This document shows, in pieces, positions 43,790 through 53,851 of a stretch of DNA of 61,993 bases. Numbering within the stretch: the stretch's first letter is position 1; every line of letters starts with the position of its first letter. This DNA is from an uncultured Lachnospiraceae bacterium (GTDB lineage: Bacteria; Bacillota; Clostridia; Oscillospirales; CAG-272): assembly GCA_964653575.1 (NCBI GenBank), contig CAZZFP010000004.1, positions 1 to 61,993 on the forward strand. The letters are read 5' to 3'. The notes under the pieces were generated by a model, which was not told the origin of the DNA, made no database searches, and saw only the letters and a list, made by a program, of their open reading frames with translations. The position numbers and the translations under genes are program-made.

Positions 43790-44863
43790 TCAAACGTCAA
43801 CGCCTTCTTTTAGTTTTTCGGCAACATCCGCCGTTGTCAAAGCATCTATCATACCTCCGATATCTCCGTTGAGAAAGCTCTCAAAGTTGAATACCGAAAG
43901 TCCGATTCTATGATCGGTTATGCGTCCTTGGGGATAATTGTATGTGCGTATCCGCTCGCTTCTGTCGCCTGTACCGACCTGATTGCGGCGCTCGGAGGCG
44001 ATCTTTTGTGATTGCTCGGACTGCTTTATATCGTAGAGTTTGGCTTTAAGCATACGCATCGCCTTTTCTCGATTTTTGAACTGACTGCGTTCCTCTTGAC
44101 ATTCAATAACTATTCCCGACGGCTTGTGAATAAGCCTTACCGCGGATTCGGTCTTGTTTATGTGCTGACCGCCGGCGCCGCTGCTCTTGCAGCTTTCGAT
44201 CTTTATGTCCGCGGGATTTATATCGACCTCAACATCCTCCACCTCGGGAAGAACCGCGACGGTGACCGTCGAGGTGTGTATTCTTCCGGACGCCTCGGTT
44301 TCGGGGACTCTTTGTACGCGGTGTACTCCGCTTTCATACTTGAATTTTGAGTAAGCACCGTCTCCCTCGACCATAAAGGTCACCTCTTTGAAGCCGCCGA
44401 GTCCCGTCTCGTTTATGCTCATCAACGAACATTTGAATTTTTGAGTTTCGGCGTACATCGTATACATCCTGTAAAGGACCGAGGCGAAAAGTGCCGCCTC
44501 CTCGCCTCCCGCGCCTCCGCGTATCTCAACGATAACGTTTTTGTCATCATTTGGATCTCGCGGTATCAGAAGTATCTTTAATTGCTCCGAGATCTCGTCA
44601 ATGGATGAAGTAAGTGCTTTTATTTCTTCAACAAGCATCTCTTTCATCTCGGGATCGACCGAGCCCGATAACATCTCGTTACAGTCCGAAAGCTCTTGAC
44701 AAGCCTTGAGATACTCACGGTATTTTGTGATGACGGGGGACAGCTGTTTGTGCTCCTTCATCAGCTTCGTATATCTTTCCTGATCGGAAAACACAGAGGG
44801 ATCGTTTATTGCAGCTTCAAGCTCCGCAAACTTTAATTCTGTGTCTTTTAGCTTTTCAAACAT
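43790..44863 (-). CDS. prfA: Peptide chain release factor 1
   Basis: GGEEAALF, HRVQRVPETE (PxT motif), GAGGQH, RTYNYPQGR. Confidence 0.98.
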   Translation of the reverse strand: MFEKLKDTELKFAELEAAINDPSVFSDQERYTKLMKEHKQLSPVITKYREYLKACQELSDCNEMLSGSVDPEMKEMLVEEIKALTSSIDEISEQLKILLIPRDPNDDKNVIVEIRGGAGGEEAALFASVLYRMYTMYAETQKFKCSLMSINETGLGGFKEVTFMVEGDGAYSKFKYESGVHRVQRVPETEASGRIHTSTVTVAVLPEVEDVEVDINPADIKIESCKSSGAGGQHINKTESAVRLIHKPSGIVIECQEERSQFKNREKAMRMLKAKLYDIKQSEQSQKIASERRNQVGTGDRSERIRTYNYPQGRITDHRIGLSVFNFESFLNGDIGGMIDALTTADVAEKLKEGVDV

Positions 44864-44910
44864 AAGAATAAATTGCTCCGTGTTATCGATTTAAGATTGG
44901 AATCAAAAGA

Positions 44911-46284
44911 TCAATATTTGCAGAATGCGCAGAATGCACGGTAAGCCTCATAAAGGTCTACTTTTGAGATGACTTCACAGGGAGCGTGCATAGATATCAC
45001 GGGAACACCGAGATCCACCACTTCGATATTGTGCTTGGAGATGTATTTTGCTACGGTTCCACCGCCTCCTACGTCTACCTTTCCGAGCTCACCTGCTTGC
45101 CATACTACTCCGTCTTTTGCCATAACACCGCGAAGCCAGCCGACAAATTCAGCACTCGCGTCATTGGTCGAGGACTTACCTCTTGAACCGGTATATTTTG
45201 TGAGCACTACGCCACAGCTGAGAAGTGCGGAATTGCGCTTTTCATAGACGGAAGCAAAGTTGGGATCATAAGCCGCCGATACGTCAGCCGAGAGACACTT
45301 TGAGTTAGCTCTTACAAGCGCGGGGCTTCCTCCGAGCGCAGTTGAGATCTGATCGATAAGATCAACCATAATACAGCTTTGCATACCTGTATTACCGTCG
45401 CTGCCCGTTTCTTCCTTGTCGGCAAGAATGCACATAAGCGTGTGAACACTGTCGGCGTTATCAACGATGGCGCTGACTGCGGGATATGCGCAAACTCTGT
45501 CATCATGACCGTATGCGCCGATAAGCGAACGGTCAAAGCCGATATCTCTTGCCTTGAGTGCGGGAACTACACAAAGCTCAGCGGAGAGAAAATCTTCTTC
45601 GGTAATGCCGTATTTTTCGTTTATAAGTGAAAGTGCATTAAGCTTGATCGCATCGGAGCTTTCGTTGTCGATCGGACGGCTTCCGATGAGTATATTAAGA
45701 TTTTCTGCGGGAATAGCTTCTCCGAGAGGCTTTGAATCTGTCGAACGTCCGAGATGCGGAAGCAGGTCATTGATGTAGAATATAGGATCATTCTCATCCT
45801 CTCCGACGTTTACTTTTACTACCTCTCCGTCAGCCTTTACAACAACGCCGTGAAGAGCCAAGGGGATAGTAACCCACTGATACTTTCTTATACCGCCGTA
45901 GTAATGAGTTTTGAAAAAGCTCATACCATCGCTTTCATATACCGGCACGGGCTTAAGGTCTATTCTCGGCGCATCTATGTGAGCCGCCGAGATCCTTATG
46001 CCGTTGTTTATGTCTTCTGTTCCTATTGTGAATATGAAGAGATTTTTACCTCTGTTATTGTAATAGAACTTGTCACCGGCGTTAAGAGCCATACCGAATT
46101 TGTATTCTTTGAATCCGTGCTTTGTGATATAATCTATCGTAGCATCGACAGATTCACGTTCTGTTTTTGCTCTGTCGAGGAACTTCATATATCCCTTCGC
46201 ATATTCGTATGCCGCATCTACGTGTTCATTATCGCAGAGCTGGTATACCGTCTTTTTTGTGTAGGTGAGATTTTGGTTGTCCAT
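44911..46284 (-). CDS. M18 family aminopeptidase
   Basis: AHID.PR.DLKP, HYYGGI.KYQW, HDDR.C, DKEE.GS, SMHAP; ATG at 46284 after AAGGAG. Confidence 0.92.
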   Translation of the reverse strand: MDNQNLTYTKKTVYQLCDNEHVDAAYEYAKGYMKFLDRAKTERESVDATIDYITKHGFKEYKFGMALNAGDKFYYNNRGKNLFIFTIGTEDINNGIRISAAHIDAPRIDLKPVPVYESDGMSFFKTHYYGGIRKYQWVTIPLALHGVVVKADGEVVKVNVGEDENDPIFYINDLLPHLGRSTDSKPLGEAIPAENLNILIGSRPIDNESSDAIKLNALSLINEKYGITEEDFLSAELCVVPALKARDIGFDRSLIGAYGHDDRVCAYPAVSAIVDNADSVHTLMCILADKEETGSDGNTGMQSCIMVDLIDQISTALGGSPALVRANSKCLSADVSAAYDPNFASVYEKRNSALLSCGVVLTKYTGSRGKSSTNDASAEFVGWLRGVMAKDGVVWQAGELGKVDVGGGGTVAKYISKHNIEVVDLGVPVISMHAPCEVISKVDLYEAYRAFCAFCKY

Positions 46285-46323
46285 TGTTTTTGTCTCCTTG
46301 TTCAATCATTTATATTTATAATA

Positions 46324-46914
46324 TTATTTTTCATAATAAAGCCCGTTGTACATTTCAAGAGCGCGATTGACACGTTCAACGTACGCGGCGGTCTCGGAGT
46401 TGGGGATTTTTGTTAGCAATCCGTTTTCGTCTACATTATCGGATTCCGAGAGCCATTTGTTGACATTACCGGGACCGCAGTTGTACGCGGCAAAGCAGGT
46501 GTCCCATATGCCATATTCATTGTAAAGATAAGAGAGGTAATAGGTTCCGTATTTGATATTTATCTCCGGAGAGTAGAGCATCTCGGCGTTAAGGCTCTCT
46601 CCAAGCATATCGCGGCTGAGCCATTCAAATACAGACGGCATCAGCTGCATAAGTCCGATCGCCCCCATACTCGATACTGCATCACTTTGAAAGTCGCTTT
46701 CGGATTTGATGACCGCATATACTATCTGCTCGGGAACGCCGTATTGTTCCGAATATTTACGTACAAATTCGGCATAGGCTTCGGGTCTCGGATAATTGCC
46801 TTTTTCTATCGCCGTACAAACAGCGTCAAACGCAAATCCAAATCCGACGGAAAGGGAGATTATCAGTACGACCGTTATTGCGCGTATGATGAATGTTTTA
46901 AGCGTTGAATTCAA
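46324..46914 (-). CDS. Lytic transglycosylase (SLT domain) with N-terminal TM
   Basis: AVIKSES.F, GAIGLMQLMP, NI.YG.YYL, AAYN.GPGNV, ET..YV; TTG at 46914 after GGAGG. Confidence 0.92.
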   Translation of the reverse strand: MNSTLKTFIIRAITVVLIISLSVGFGFAFDAVCTAIEKGNYPRPEAYAEFVRKYSEQYGVPEQIVYAVIKSESDFQSDAVSSMGAIGLMQLMPSVFEWLSRDMLGESLNAEMLYSPEINIKYGTYYLSYLYNEYGIWDTCFAAYNCGPGNVNKWLSESDNVDENGLLTKIPNSETAAYVERVNRALEMYNGLYYEK

Positions 46915-46942
46915 AATACGATCTCCTCCCCATAAGAAATTG

Positions 46943-47144
46943 TAGACGATTGTAAAAGTCGGAAAATTCAATAAAATCTGTTTTTTCGGTGGCTTTGCCG
47001 ACGAAAAAACACCTTAAAGGCGAGCCAAGCGAGCCCGCACGCCGAGGGAAGATTTTTAAAATTAAAAATTTTAAAAATCCGATAAGCGTGCGAGGAAAGC
47101 GCGTAGCGCGTCCCGATTGTAAAACGGAGTTTTACAATCGCCTA
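46943..47144. mobile_element. Putative MITE-like non-autonomous element (~200 bp)
   Basis: Terminal inverted repeats TAGACGATTGTAAAA (46943-46957) and TTTTACAATCGCCTA (47130-47144) match at 14/15, with TA at both ends. The interior is packed with palindromes and has no credible gene. Confidence 0.6.
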
Positions 47145-47168
47145 ATAAGAGATTGGCATAAAATTATT

Positions 47169-47807
47169 TCAATTGTTTGTCGATGGTATGGTGCCGAAAA
47201 TTTTTTGAACGACCATAGCTACCTGCTTTTTCAGATTTTCTATATCTCCGTCGTTTTTTATTATATGATCGGAACGCGTGATATAAAAGTTATCATCATT
47301 TTGCGAGCGTAGTCTTGCAAGCGCGCGTTCTCTGTCGATCGCGTCTCGCTTGATTATACGCTCAAGCCTTGTTTCTTGCGGTGCTATGACAGAAACTATC
47401 GAATCGCATTTTTTATCGAATCCGGATTCAAATAGGAGCGGCGCATCGACCGCAACGGCGCGGCATCCTTCCTGTTCAAACATACGTATGTTTTTTTCTG
47501 TCTCACCGAGGATAAATTTGTGGGTTATTTTATTGAGTGCTTCGAGCTTGTCTTGACTCTCGGGCGCAAAAACAATGGAAGCAAGCGCTTTCCTGTTTAC
47601 CGCACCGCTTTCGTCGAGGATTCGGGTTCCAAAAAACATTGTAAGCTCGTCAATACATTTCGAGGGCTGTATGAGCAGCCCGTGGTATACAGCATCCGTG
47701 TCAATGCTTTTTATGCCGTATTCATTAAAAATGCGACAAACCTCTCCCTTGCCGGCACCGCTTTGACCTGTAAGACCGATCACAATAATTTTGTTCATAA
47801 CGATCAC
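47169..47807 (-). CDS. coaE: Dephospho-CoA kinase
   Basis: IGLTGQSGAGK, ID.D, NR..LA..VF, LN.ITH, DAPLLFE, R..RI..RD. Confidence 0.95.
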   Translation of the reverse strand: MIVMNKIIVIGLTGQSGAGKGEVCRIFNEYGIKSIDTDAVYHGLLIQPSKCIDELTMFFGTRILDESGAVNRKALASIVFAPESQDKLEALNKITHKFILGETEKNIRMFEQEGCRAVAVDAPLLFESGFDKKCDSIVSVIAPQETRLERIIKRDAIDRERALARLRSQNDDNFYITRSDHIIKNDGDIENLKKQVAMVVQKIFGTIPSTNN

Positions 47808-47809
47808 CC

Positions 47810-48946
47810 CTATACGAGCTTTACGGTTTCGCTATCTGCGGAATCATATGCCGCAGATATGATACTGATAACGTGCCGGGAATCTTCAAATGACGGAGAA
47901 AATCTTTTTCCGTGTGCTACGCAGTCAAGATATGAATACATACTTCCGATATGTCCGCGTAGCCACCCTTGCGGAGCTTTTGGCGAGGGAAATGAGCATA
48001 TAGAACCGTACCGTTGCACACATTCGATTTTCGTGTATCCCGAGATCGAGACTGCCGATCCGTCGTAAAAGTAGAGCCAATTCGGTTCCATAAGCGAAAA
48101 TCTCAACGCACCTTCAGTGCCGAATATCTCGATCGTCAAGTCGTCGTTTGCTCCCATCGTCAGCTTTGACGCGGTGATGGTACCTTTTGCACCGTTTTTC
48201 AACGTAGCTGTCATATAGAAGGCTTCATCGGCATTCGTTGTCCACGTTTTACCATCGATCCCCAATCTTTTCGAAAAGGCGATTTGCTTTGTTCCAAAAA
48301 CCGAGTAGAACTCTCCGCAAAGGTAATATATAAGGTCTATCACGTGAGATCCGAGATCGTAGAGCACTCCGCCGCCGAACTCCTTTGTTTGTTTCCATCC
48401 CGCTTTTTTGCCAAGATCAAGGCAAGAATTATGAAGATATTCCGCTCGAAAAGAAAGAATACGTCCGAGTCTTCCGTTTTCGATCAGCTCCTTTGCTTTT
48501 ACGATAGGGGAAAGAAAACGGTTGTTAAAAACGACACCGCATATTTGTCCGTTTTGCTCTGCCTGCTTTGAAAGCTCCAAAAGCTCAATGGCTTCATCAC
48601 GCGTGACACAAAGCGGCTTTTCACAAAGGACGTGTTTGCCCGCTGCTATCGCTTTTTTCACTGTTTCAAAATGATAGATATTAGGCGTGCAGATATCCAC
48701 GACATCTATGTCGTCAGCTTCGATAAGCGCGTCTTCGTTTTCGTATGCCGCGACGATCCCGTACTTTTGCGCAATGCTTTCGGCTTTTTTTGGATGTGCC
48801 GTGCAAAGAGCGCGTACGGATGCCGAAAAATCGGAATTCTCATAGAAGAGAGAAAGCGAGTTTATCGAAAACAAGTGCGCTTTTCCCATATTGCCGAAAC
48901 CGATAATACCGATCCCGAGCTTTTTTTCGCAAGTCATATCTCCCAT
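47810..48946 (-). CDS. Gfo/Idh/MocA family oxidoreductase
   Basis: GIIGFGNMG, ICTPN..H, HVLCEKP, GGGVLYDLGSH. Confidence 0.93.
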   Translation of the reverse strand: MGDMTCEKKLGIGIIGFGNMGKAHLFSINSLSLFYENSDFSASVRALCTAHPKKAESIAQKYGIVAAYENEDALIEADDIDVVDICTPNIYHFETVKKAIAAGKHVLCEKPLCVTRDEAIELLELSKQAEQNGQICGVVFNNRFLSPIVKAKELIENGRLGRILSFRAEYLHNSCLDLGKKAGWKQTKEFGGGVLYDLGSHVIDLIYYLCGEFYSVFGTKQIAFSKRLGIDGKTWTTNADEAFYMTATLKNGAKGTITASKLTMGANDDLTIEIFGTEGALRFSLMEPNWLYFYDGSAVSISGYTKIECVQRYGSICSFPSPKAPQGWLRGHIGSMYSYLDCVAHGKRFSPSFEDSRHVISIISAAYDSADSETVKLV

Positions 48947-49155
48947 ATTAACCTCGTCAGTACTCTACAAATATCCAATATAATATTATATCACAGTTCC
49001 AATTTATTTTCAAGTTTAACCTCGAAATTTTTTGATAATTTATGCGAACCGAGTGATAAAACGCTTTATTTATCACATTTTCAAAAAAATCTATTGCATA
49101 AGTCGGGAAAATCAGCTATAATATAGTATAACCCAAAGAAAGATATAAACGGAGA

Positions 49156-50589
49156 GTGCAAGTTTTGAACGAAAAGCTTAATGACATTCTAAGACGTGTA
49201 AAAAACGGAACCTGCCAGGTTCTGGGACTTGGCAGATCAAATTATCCGCTCACAGATTACCTTATATCTGAGGGAGCGAACCGTATAATAGCCCGAGACG
49301 CCAATCTCCCCGAAGCTGATGTATTGGAAAAGTATCGCAAACGCGGCGTCGAATTTGTTTGCGGCGACGGATATCTTGACGGAATGGACGGAACGGACAG
49401 CGTTATATTCAGAACTCCCGCCGTGAAACCGTTTTTACCTGAACTTGAACGAGCGGTTGAGAGCGGTGCCATATTGACCTCGGAGATGGAGCTTTTCCTT
49501 ATGCTTACTCCCTCGCTGAAATTCGGTATAACGGGAAGCGACGGTAAGACAACGACGACGACGCTGATACACAAAATGCTTGAAAAAGAATACAGCGCGT
49601 TTGTGGGAGGAAATATAGGCAGTCCTTTGCTTCCGATGCTTTCACAGATGTCGAGTGGCTCCTGTTCCGTCCTCGAGCTTTCAAGCTTTCAGCTTATGGG
49701 CATCGACGTGTCCGCCGATGTTTCGGTCATTACGAATATCACGCCAAATCATCTCAATTGGCATCGCGATATGTCGGAATATGTTGAGGCGAAAATGAAT
49801 ATCTTCACTCACGGGGCAGGGCGGCTCGTAATAAACGCCGACAATCCCACAAGTATCAGCGCAGTGATGGATCACGCAATCTTGGCAAAGATCACGGCAT
49901 TTTCTTCAACGAAACACGGCTTCGATGAGATAGGAGCCGCGGTTCCGTCGATAAGCGCGGCAATATATCTTGATAACACGTCAGTGATATATGAAAGCGC
50001 GGGCGGCGTGCGTGACCGAGTGCTCGAAATAACCGATATTAAGATTCCGGGCAAGCATAATATTGAAAATTATATGGCGGCAATAGGAGCGACCTACGGT
50101 TATGTCGATAAGCAAATATATTCGGAGATAGCAAGGACGTTCGGAGGGGTGGAGCACAGACTTGAGTTTGTAAGAGAGCTTAACGGTGTCAAGTATTACA
50201 ACAGCTCGATAGATTCAAGTCCGACACGTACGGATGCGGCACTTTCGGCACTTTCGAAGAAACCGATAGTGATCTGCGGCGGATCGGATAAAAACATACC
50301 GTTTGAACCTTTGGCAATGTCGCTTTGCAATAAGGCTAAAGCGGTAGTTATAACGGGGGAGGCGGGTCCCAAGATCAAGCGGGCTTTGCTTGAATGTAAC
50401 GCGTATGAAAGCTCGGAGCTCAAAATGTACGAAGCATCGACCTTTTATGATGCGGTTCAAAAGGCGCGCGAGCTTTCCGTCGATGGTGATATCGTTTTGC
50501 TCTCTCCCGCGTGCGCAAGCTTCGATGCTTTTAAAAATTTTGAAGAGCGCGGAAATACTTTCAAAAAAATAGTCAGAGAATTTAAATGA
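49156..50589 (+). CDS. murD: UDP-MurNAc-L-Ala:D-glutamate ligase
   Basis: GLGRS, GITGSDGKTTTT, LELSSFQL, PNHLNWH, GVEHRLE, LLSPACASFD.F.NFEERG. Confidence 0.96.
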   Translation: MQVLNEKLNDILRRVKNGTCQVLGLGRSNYPLTDYLISEGANRIIARDANLPEADVLEKYRKRGVEFVCGDGYLDGMDGTDSVIFRTPAVKPFLPELERAVESGAILTSEMELFLMLTPSLKFGITGSDGKTTTTTLIHKMLEKEYSAFVGGNIGSPLLPMLSQMSSGSCSVLELSSFQLMGIDVSADVSVITNITPNHLNWHRDMSEYVEAKMNIFTHGAGRLVINADNPTSISAVMDHAILAKITAFSSTKHGFDEIGAAVPSISAAIYLDNTSVIYESAGGVRDRVLEITDIKIPGKHNIENYMAAIGATYGYVDKQIYSEIARTFGGVEHRLEFVRELNGVKYYNSSIDSSPTRTDAALSALSKKPIVICGGSDKNIPFEPLAMSLCNKAKAVVITGEAGPKIKRALLECNAYESSELKMYEASTFYDAVQKARELSVDGDIVLLSPACASFDAFKNFEERGNTFKKIVREFK

Positions 50590-50654
50590 CAGAAGATCTC
50601 CGAGTCATTGGAGAATATAAAACGGATTAAAATAAGAAAGGCAGTAACAGTTAA

Positions 50655-51911
50655 ATGGAATTTTCAAAGAAGCTTACAGAGCTTACAGCACAGGCGGAAA
50701 ATGAGTTAAAACCGTATTTTGAAAGAATAGACGATATCTCATTTCAAAATACGTCAAAAATATTGGAGCTTTTTAAGAAATATCGTGTGTCCGATGCTAT
50801 GTTTTGTGCGTCAAGCGGCTACGGATATGACGACAAGGGGCGCGATACTCTCGATGAGATATGGGCAGAGGTGATGGGTGCCGAGGCGGCATTCGTACGG
50901 CATAATATCGTAAACGGTACACAGGCACTTGCCGTCGGGCTTTTCGGACTTTTGCGACCCGGAGATGTTATGCTCTCAATCGCGGGAAAGCCATACGATA
51001 CTCTCGAAGAGGTGATAGGAATTTCGGGTAATCCGGGTGACGGGTCTCTTAAAGATTTTGGCGTTGATTACGCTCAGATAGATCTGCTGTCCGACGGAAG
51101 CTTTGACGTCGAAGCAATCCGCGAAGCGATAAAAATGCACGGCGACAGACTAAAGGTCGTATTTATCCAACGCTCAAAGGGATATCTTAACAGAAAGACG
51201 CTTTCGGTAGACGAGATCGGCAGTATATGCAGCTTTGTCAAGTCACTTAACGATAAGGCATACGTAGTGGTGGACAATTGCTACGGCGAATTTGTTGAGA
51301 CCAAAGAGCCTACGGCGGTTGGCGCTGATATGGTAATAGGCTCGCTTATTAAAAATCCCGGTGGAGGAATGGCTGAGACAGGTGGTTATATAGCAGGAAC
51401 AAAGAGAGCGGTGGAGCTCGCAAGCTATCGGTTGACCTCGGTCGGCGTAGGGCTTGAGGTCGGAGCTACTATGGGGATGAACAAGAGCCTCTATAAAGGG
51501 TTGTTTTACGCGCCTCATACGACGGCACAGGCACTAAAAACCGCGCATCTTGCGGCATACATATTTGAGAAGCTTGGATATAATGTAGAGCCGAAGTGGA
51601 ACGAGATACGTTCGGATATTATTCAGACCGTCATTACGGGGAGTCCTGAGGCATTGTGCGGCTTTTGTCAGGGAATACAGGCGGGTTCGCCTGTTGACGC
51701 ATTCGTTACACCCGAGCCGTGGGATATGCCCGGGTATTCGGACAAGGTGATAATGGCGGCGGGAGCCTTTACCCAGGGATCTTCGATAGAGCTTAGCGCG
51801 GACGGTCCTTTGCGTCCTCCGTATACCGCGTTCTTCCAAGGCGGGCTTACTTATGAGAGCGGAAAGATAGGTATATTGAGTGCCGCGCAAAAAATGCTCG
51901 ACCTAAAATAA
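50655..51911 (+). CDS. Methionine gamma-lyase family / aluminium-resistance (YnbB-like) PLP protein
   Basis: GYGYDD.GRD, QRSKGY, DNCYGEF, GSLIKNPGGG, QGSSIELSADGP. Confidence 0.9.
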   Translation: MEFSKKLTELTAQAENELKPYFERIDDISFQNTSKILELFKKYRVSDAMFCASSGYGYDDKGRDTLDEIWAEVMGAEAAFVRHNIVNGTQALAVGLFGLLRPGDVMLSIAGKPYDTLEEVIGISGNPGDGSLKDFGVDYAQIDLLSDGSFDVEAIREAIKMHGDRLKVVFIQRSKGYLNRKTLSVDEIGSICSFVKSLNDKAYVVVDNCYGEFVETKEPTAVGADMVIGSLIKNPGGGMAETGGYIAGTKRAVELASYRLTSVGVGLEVGATMGMNKSLYKGLFYAPHTTAQALKTAHLAAYIFEKLGYNVEPKWNEIRSDIIQTVITGSPEALCGFCQGIQAGSPVDAFVTPEPWDMPGYSDKVIMAAGAFTQGSSIELSADGPLRPPYTAFFQGGLTYESGKIGILSAAQKMLDLK

Positions 51912-52060
51912 GTTTGGGAATAATCTGTTCACATATATTTGTTGATATTTACAAAATATTGTGGTATCATAGTGTAAGATTTATATTTGAGTGTATTTCT
52001 AAACGAAAAAATAGATATGCCGCAACAAGTGCTTTGAAAGCTTGCGGCGCGGAGTTTAAA

Positions 52061-52570
52061 ATGAAAAAAATATTTTCTGCTTTTCTTGTGTTTATAATGA
52101 TGCTTACATTGGTGTCTTGCGGAGATTCCGACGTTCCCGATGGAATGAAGCTCGCGTCCGAAAGCAATGTTCCATATAAGTTTTTTGTGCCGACCGCATG
52201 GGTCTCGCAAGACGGTGACAATCTTTCGATGGCGTATTATTCTGTTACGGATCAGTCAAATGTCCAGGTGTTGGCTTATGCCGATTCTATGACGGTGGAT
52301 GAATATTGGACAAAATGCTGCGAGGATTACGAAAAAGCTTTTACCGAATTCAAGCCCGATGAAAAAATCGTCGATACCGTGCTCGGTGGGAAGACCGCAA
52401 AGCAATATACTTATACGGTGAAGCATTCAGACACGGAGTACAAGATGATGCAGGTCGTCACGAGCCGTGATAACCTCATCTATACTATGATATATACTTC
52501 GACTCCCGATCTTTTCGATTCTCATATTGAAGAGGTCGAAGAGATGATAGAGGTATTTAAATTCAGATAA
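52061..52570 (+). CDS. Lipoprotein, DcrB/PsbP-like fold
   Basis: MKK start, lipobox LVSC; F.VP..W, LGG..A..Y.Y, Y...YT.....F pattern. Confidence 0.65.
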   Translation: MKKIFSAFLVFIMMLTLVSCGDSDVPDGMKLASESNVPYKFFVPTAWVSQDGDNLSMAYYSVTDQSNVQVLAYADSMTVDEYWTKCCEDYEKAFTEFKPDEKIVDTVLGGKTAKQYTYTVKHSDTEYKMMQVVTSRDNLIYTMIYTSTPDLFDSHIEEVEEMIEVFKFR

Positions 52571-52665
52571 AAAATATTTTGCCGTGCCTTCAAACACGGC
52601 ACTTTTAATGTACTGCAAACAATATAAACCTACGACCTTCGTCGTACGCAGAGGTAAAATAAAGT

Positions 52666-53832
52666 ATGAATTATATATATCTTGACAACAGTGCCACGAC
52701 CCGGCTTTCGGAGAAGGCGCGTGCGGCAATGCTTGAAGCTATGGACAAATACGGAAATCCATCGTCTCTTCATACGGTGGGACTTGAGGCGAATGAACTG
52801 CTTTCTTCTTCAAGGAAGGCGATTGCCGCAACCTTCGGTATCCATATGCCAAAGCCCGCAGAGATAATTTTTACGGGATCCGGCTCCGAGGCAAACAATC
52901 TTGCCATAAGCGGAACAGCGTTTGCAAAAAAGCGTCGTGATGCAGATACCGTCATAACTACCGACAGCGAGCATCCATCTGTGGAGAACGTAATGCAAAA
53001 GCTTGAGTCCGAGGGATTTCATGTCGTAAGGATATCAACGAAGGGCGGAGAGCTTGACCTTGACCAACTTAACGCAGCCCTCGAAAACAGGATACTTATG
53101 GTATCTATGATGATGGTAAATAACGAAACGGGTGCGCTCTATGACGTTAAAAGCGCCTTTTCGGCGGTCAAAAGGAGATATCCGGATGCCGTGACCCATT
53201 GCGACGCAGTTCAAGGTTATATGAAAAACAGGTTCACTCCCGCCTCTATCGGTGCGGATCTTGTCACGGTCAGCTCGCATAAGATACACGGTCCCAAGGG
53301 GGTCGGCGCACTTTATATAAATCCTGCAATAGTAAAGGCAAAAAAGATATCGCCTATAATTCTTGGCGGCGGGCAGGAGTCGGGATATCGTTCCGGGACC
53401 GAAAATATTATCGGAATAGCCGGTTTTGCGGCAGCAGCAAAAGAGCAATATTCAAAGCTTGATTCGGATATAGAGTATTTGAAAAACTTGCGTATGATTG
53501 CCGAAAAAGAAATATCAAAAATACCCGAGGTGAGGCTCAATATTCCGAATGGAACGAGAGCACCGCATATTTTGAATATCACGCTTCCGCACATAAAAAG
53601 CGAGACTATGCTGCATTTTCTTTCCTCAAAAAGTATATGTGTCTCAAGCGGCTCGGCTTGCTCTTCAAGATCCTCTCATCGAAGTCAGTCCTTGCTTGCG
53701 TTTGGACTTACACCCGATGAAGCTGACACGTCGATACGTATCAGCTTTTCCGAATACAACACAGAGGATGATGTATCCGCTTTGGCGCGTTCGCTCTCGG
53801 AAGGTGTCTTGAAACTTGTAAGGGTCAAATAA
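52666..53832 (+). CDS. iscS: Cysteine desulfurase (IscS/NifS group I)
   Basis: YLDNSATT, GNPSSLH, SSHKIHGPKG (PLP Lys), SSGSACSS (catalytic Cys). Confidence 0.92.
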   Translation: MNYIYLDNSATTRLSEKARAAMLEAMDKYGNPSSLHTVGLEANELLSSSRKAIAATFGIHMPKPAEIIFTGSGSEANNLAISGTAFAKKRRDADTVITTDSEHPSVENVMQKLESEGFHVVRISTKGGELDLDQLNAALENRILMVSMMMVNNETGALYDVKSAFSAVKRRYPDAVTHCDAVQGYMKNRFTPASIGADLVTVSSHKIHGPKGVGALYINPAIVKAKKISPIILGGGQESGYRSGTENIIGIAGFAAAAKEQYSKLDSDIEYLKNLRMIAEKEISKIPEVRLNIPNGTRAPHILNITLPHIKSETMLHFLSSKSICVSSGSACSSRSSHRSQSLLAFGLTPDEADTSIRISFSEYNTEDDVSALARSLSEGVLKLVRVK

Positions 53833-53851
53833 TAAAAAGGTGGACAGATAA

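Noticed and set aside
46989-47312. 107-aa ORF across the palindromic element, considered as a transposase remnant
   Set aside because: It has no DDE/HUH motifs or RBS and runs antisense into coaE.
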